This document shows positions 37,122 through 39,373 of a DNA stretch of 39,373 nucleotides, one piece after another. The position numbers and the translations under genes are program-made. The notes beneath the pieces are model-generated. The model was not told the DNA's origin. It saw only the letters and a list, made by a program, of their open reading frames with translations, and made no database searches. Positions within the stretch are counted from its first letter, which is position 1. The number at the start of each line of letters is the position of its first letter. Where the stretch lies: assembly GCA_003140135.1 (NCBI GenBank), contig PLIX01000151.1:1-39373 (forward strand), in the 5' to 3' direction. This stretch comes from Gammaproteobacteria bacterium. GTDB lineage: Bacteria; Pseudomonadota; Gammaproteobacteria; Steroidobacterales; Steroidobacteraceae.

Positions 37122-38126
37122 TTAGACGCGAGCCGCACGTTCAACGTCGACTGATAGCTCGGGGCAATCGTGGCAAAGCTTCGGAAACCAGCCTACGCAA
37201 CGATCGAATGAGCTTCCCGCGAGTCTGTTCATTTGCTCCTGCGCGCTATATAAATCCCCCACCATGTAGAGATCTCGGATAAGCGCTCCAAAAATTACTG
37301 GACGTTCCGGCTCCGGGGAAGAATCGGCGGCGGATAGCATCAATTCGGTCTTTTGCTCTCGCGAAAACTCATAAGCCGCGGCCTGAGCTAGAAGATCCGG
37401 GGGTACGGGCTTAATCAAGCGATAGACGCGAGTGCAGCTTACTTGGCCAAGCGCAATCTCGAAATAATCGCGAAGGTACTCCATCGTTGCAATGATATAT
37501 GGATGCCAGATGGTGAAAAAATCTTGGTGGATCAAAAGGCTCCTACCCCGCTCCATGGCGGGGATGAACGACCTCAAAAGGTGTCCATTCAATTCCACAG
37601 ATTTGCATACGTCAGCAAATAAAATCTCAATTGAATTCCGACAATCCCAGGGGAAATCCAATAGAGATCCCTCATGAATTATGATCGACGAAGCGAACTC
37701 TCCCGTTTGGAATTCAAAGATCTCCCGAAGAGAACACCCGGCATTAAGACGATAGAGCGGGATCCGCTGGTGTACAACCTCGGTAAGCATTGCGTCGCTG
37801 ACCATGTCAGCAAAATGCTTATTCGGCGCTCGAAATAGATCGTACGAATAAACGATACCCGTCCTGTTTGTAATTGAAGGGTTGTCTTGCAGGCCTGAGG
37901 CCAAGCAGTACGCGGACGCGCCAATGAACGCCCCAGCGTCAACGATTTTTCCGCTGCCTCTATAAAATTCCTTGGCAAGGTAATACAGCAGAATGCGCTC
38001 ATCTTTTGTGATCATTCCTCGCGGAAGAAATATATTCCAAGGATGCACGGAAGTTGATATGTCTTGGCGATTAATATTCATGCTGACCACTTTGCGCATT
38101 GCGCGTGACTGCGTCAAGCGATTCAC
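37122..38126 (-). CDS. Class I SAM-dependent O-methyltransferase-like protein (Methyltransf_24 / family-3 OMT-like core) with a roughly 100-aa C-terminal extension
   Basis: 334-aa ORF from GTG 38126; ATG alternatives at 38099 and 38081 (MNINRQDIS). Motif I-like GKIVDAGAFIGASAYCLA and IEILFADVCKS correspond to the xxE/DxGxxxGxS and FDxxFxDADK motifs of cation-dependent O-methyltransferases. Confidence 0.65.
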   Translation of the reverse strand: MNRLTQSRAMRKVVSMNINRQDISTSVHPWNIFLPRGMITKDERILLYYLAKEFYRGSGKIVDAGAFIGASAYCLASGLQDNPSITNRTGIVYSYDLFRAPNKHFADMVSDAMLTEVVHQRIPLYRLNAGCSLREIFEFQTGEFASSIIIHEGSLLDFPWDCRNSIEILFADVCKSVELNGHLLRSFIPAMERGRSLLIHQDFFTIWHPYIIATMEYLRDYFEIALGQVSCTRVYRLIKPVPPDLLAQAAAYEFSREQKTELMLSAADSSPEPERPVIFGALIRDLYMVGDLYSAQEQMNRLAGSSFDRCVGWFPKLCHDCPELSVDVERAARV

Positions 38127-38880
38127 CCCAGCGAACTAACAAGATTGACATTTGAATCGGAACAACTGCAACCATTTTTTCCGCATTGTCTCGCTAGGCT
38201 CAAGTGCGAACACGACTTGGGTCGATTCTAGAACCAATCACGTGAATTGCTGATCTTAAGGGTGCGCGATATGGGCTTCGAAGTTCCGTTCCGGCGAATC
38301 TGCCTGTTGTAAGCTTTTGCAAGCCCTCCGAACGGCGCTCGCCGTGACTAAAGCCCCGTAAGGCGCGCGAGCGTCGATATTGAGCGCCAAAATCTCTTCT
38401 CTCGCTCATTGAAGGCCCCAGTGATTCCGCCGCCACATCCTGCTTCTTAAGCAATACGTCTGCGGTAAAAAAGCCGTAGGTATTACGCGCATCCGCTGCT
38501 GCGCGTCACAGGTAAAACCAGGCGTAAAACTCTCGAGCAGGATTCAATTTGTGTCGCCAATCGGCTGGATTTTCTGAGATTTTGGCATGCGGCTTGAAGC
38601 AACTGTTCGTTCCTCAGGGCAATTGACTGGGTCGAATTGATTGCTGCGTAGCAGCGGAAGTGCGCTTGGTTGCCACACCAATCAAATTTAGCGCAAAGCA
38701 ATCCAAGCCTGTTCGTGCTCACGCAACCCACTGCACGGCGCCTGAATCTCAATGCAACACGGGCGGGTTCGACAGTGGCTCACTGGAAAGGCTAATGGAC
38801 TCTGCGATCGCGGAATTGCGTGATTAGCCCGCCGCAAAGCGGCCGGCTTCGAGCGAACTCGGGCCGCAGTACACTTAACT

Positions 38881-39373
38881 TTACTGCGAGAAAAAAAGGG
38901 CTTCATATGCCAGCTTCGTTAGATGATTCGATGGGTCAATCGCGCGCATTCTATCCAGCGTAGTCACCGCTTGCTTTCGGTCACCGGCTATTCGAAAGCC
39001 CTCCTCCGCTTTGAAATACCAATCCATGGCGATCGATGGGCTCTTTGAGAGCCCCTTGCCCTCGAAGAATATTTCCGCAAGAATTCTCTGAGCGTTCGGA
39101 TCGCCAGCATCAGCCAAGGGACGTAGCCAGCGATTTGCTCCCTGGTAGTACCTACGTGCAGACCAGCGCTCGGCTTCCGTGGCCTCTGGCCCATTCAAGC
39201 GATCGCCGACTTTCAAATTTAGAACGCCTTCATAGTATTGAGCGGTTGTATCTCCGTCCGTAGCCAGTTGCTCAAGCAATCTCTCTTTTTCGGTGAGCTC
39301 ATCAAAGTACGGAGAGCGTTGGAATGGATTGAAGGCCTCCAGTTTTCCGGCTCCGAGAGCGGCCTCTGTGTTT
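38881..39373 (-). CDS. Sel1-like repeat (TPR-family) protein, 5' end outside the window
   Basis: The frame is open from the right edge (..NTEAALGAGKLEAFNPFQRSPYFDELTEKERLLEQLATDGD). The Sel1 signature GDPNAQRILAEIFFEGKGLSKSPSIAMDWYFKAEE is present. Stop at 38881-38883. Confidence 0.7.
   Translation of the reverse strand, partial: NTEAALGAGKLEAFNPFQRSPYFDELTEKERLLEQLATDGDTTAQYYEGVLNLKVGDRLNGPEATEAERWSARRYYQGANRWLRPLADAGDPNAQRILAEIFFEGKGLSKSPSIAMDWYFKAEEGFRIAGDRKQAVTTLDRMRAIDPSNHLTKLAYEALFFSQ

Noticed and set aside
1-39373. CRISPR arrays, IS elements/transposases, integrases, rRNA, toxin-antitoxin or known defence-system genes
   Set aside because: I looked for regularly spaced direct repeats, terminal inverted repeats and DDE/tyrosine-recombinase-like ORFs on both strands and recognised none.

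Overview
This 39,373-bp window is compositionally heterogeneous and reads as four parts. All family calls come from motif reading and memory, not from searches. (1) 1-2141 holds a partial ECF sigma factor gene (minus strand, runs off the left edge), an SDR oxidoreductase and an SRPBCC-like gene. (2) 2142-2885 is a patchwork zone. A fragment of an AcuC/histone-deacetylase-type gene and the C-terminal half of cobT lie in the same frame directly behind a polysaccharide exporter gene that has no stop codon of its own. This produces the 1272-aa ORF in the track and looks like an assembly chimera or a rearrangement scar. (3) 2865-12444 carries capsule/EPS-type genes: a multi-SLBB Wza/KpsD-like exporter, Wzi, a DXD glycosyltransferase, a DegT aminotransferase, a UDP-glucuronate-4-epimerase-type SDR and a TviB/WbpO-type sugar dehydrogenase. 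These are packed head-to-tail with a housekeeping block at 12453-18979 (dnaQ, rnhA, SAM-methyltransferase, mltD, fabI, ppiD, tRNA-Asp) that looks gammaproteobacterial. (4) 19000-39373 begins just beyond tRNA-Asp, where GC falls stepwise. Hand counts give 116/180 at 13201-13380, 105/180 at 21001-21180 and 93/180 at 27421-27600. This part is an accessory glycan-modification island containing an FkbM methyltransferase, an 860-aa double-GT4 glycosyltransferase and an 864-aa GT-B-like protein with repeated C-terminal modules. It also has a sulfotransferase sitting where the 5' half of gmd should be (decayed gmd remnant plus intact fcl), an alpha/beta-hydrolase-like/TPR protein with Gly at the nucleophile position, and a membrane-anchored beta-helix glycanase. 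Further right are two convergent paralogous O-methyltransferase-like genes (one disrupted) that bracket small signal-peptide ORFs, and a partial Sel1-repeat gene. I recognised no CRISPR array, IS element, integrase, rRNA, Wzx/Wzy, Wzc or ABC transporter.
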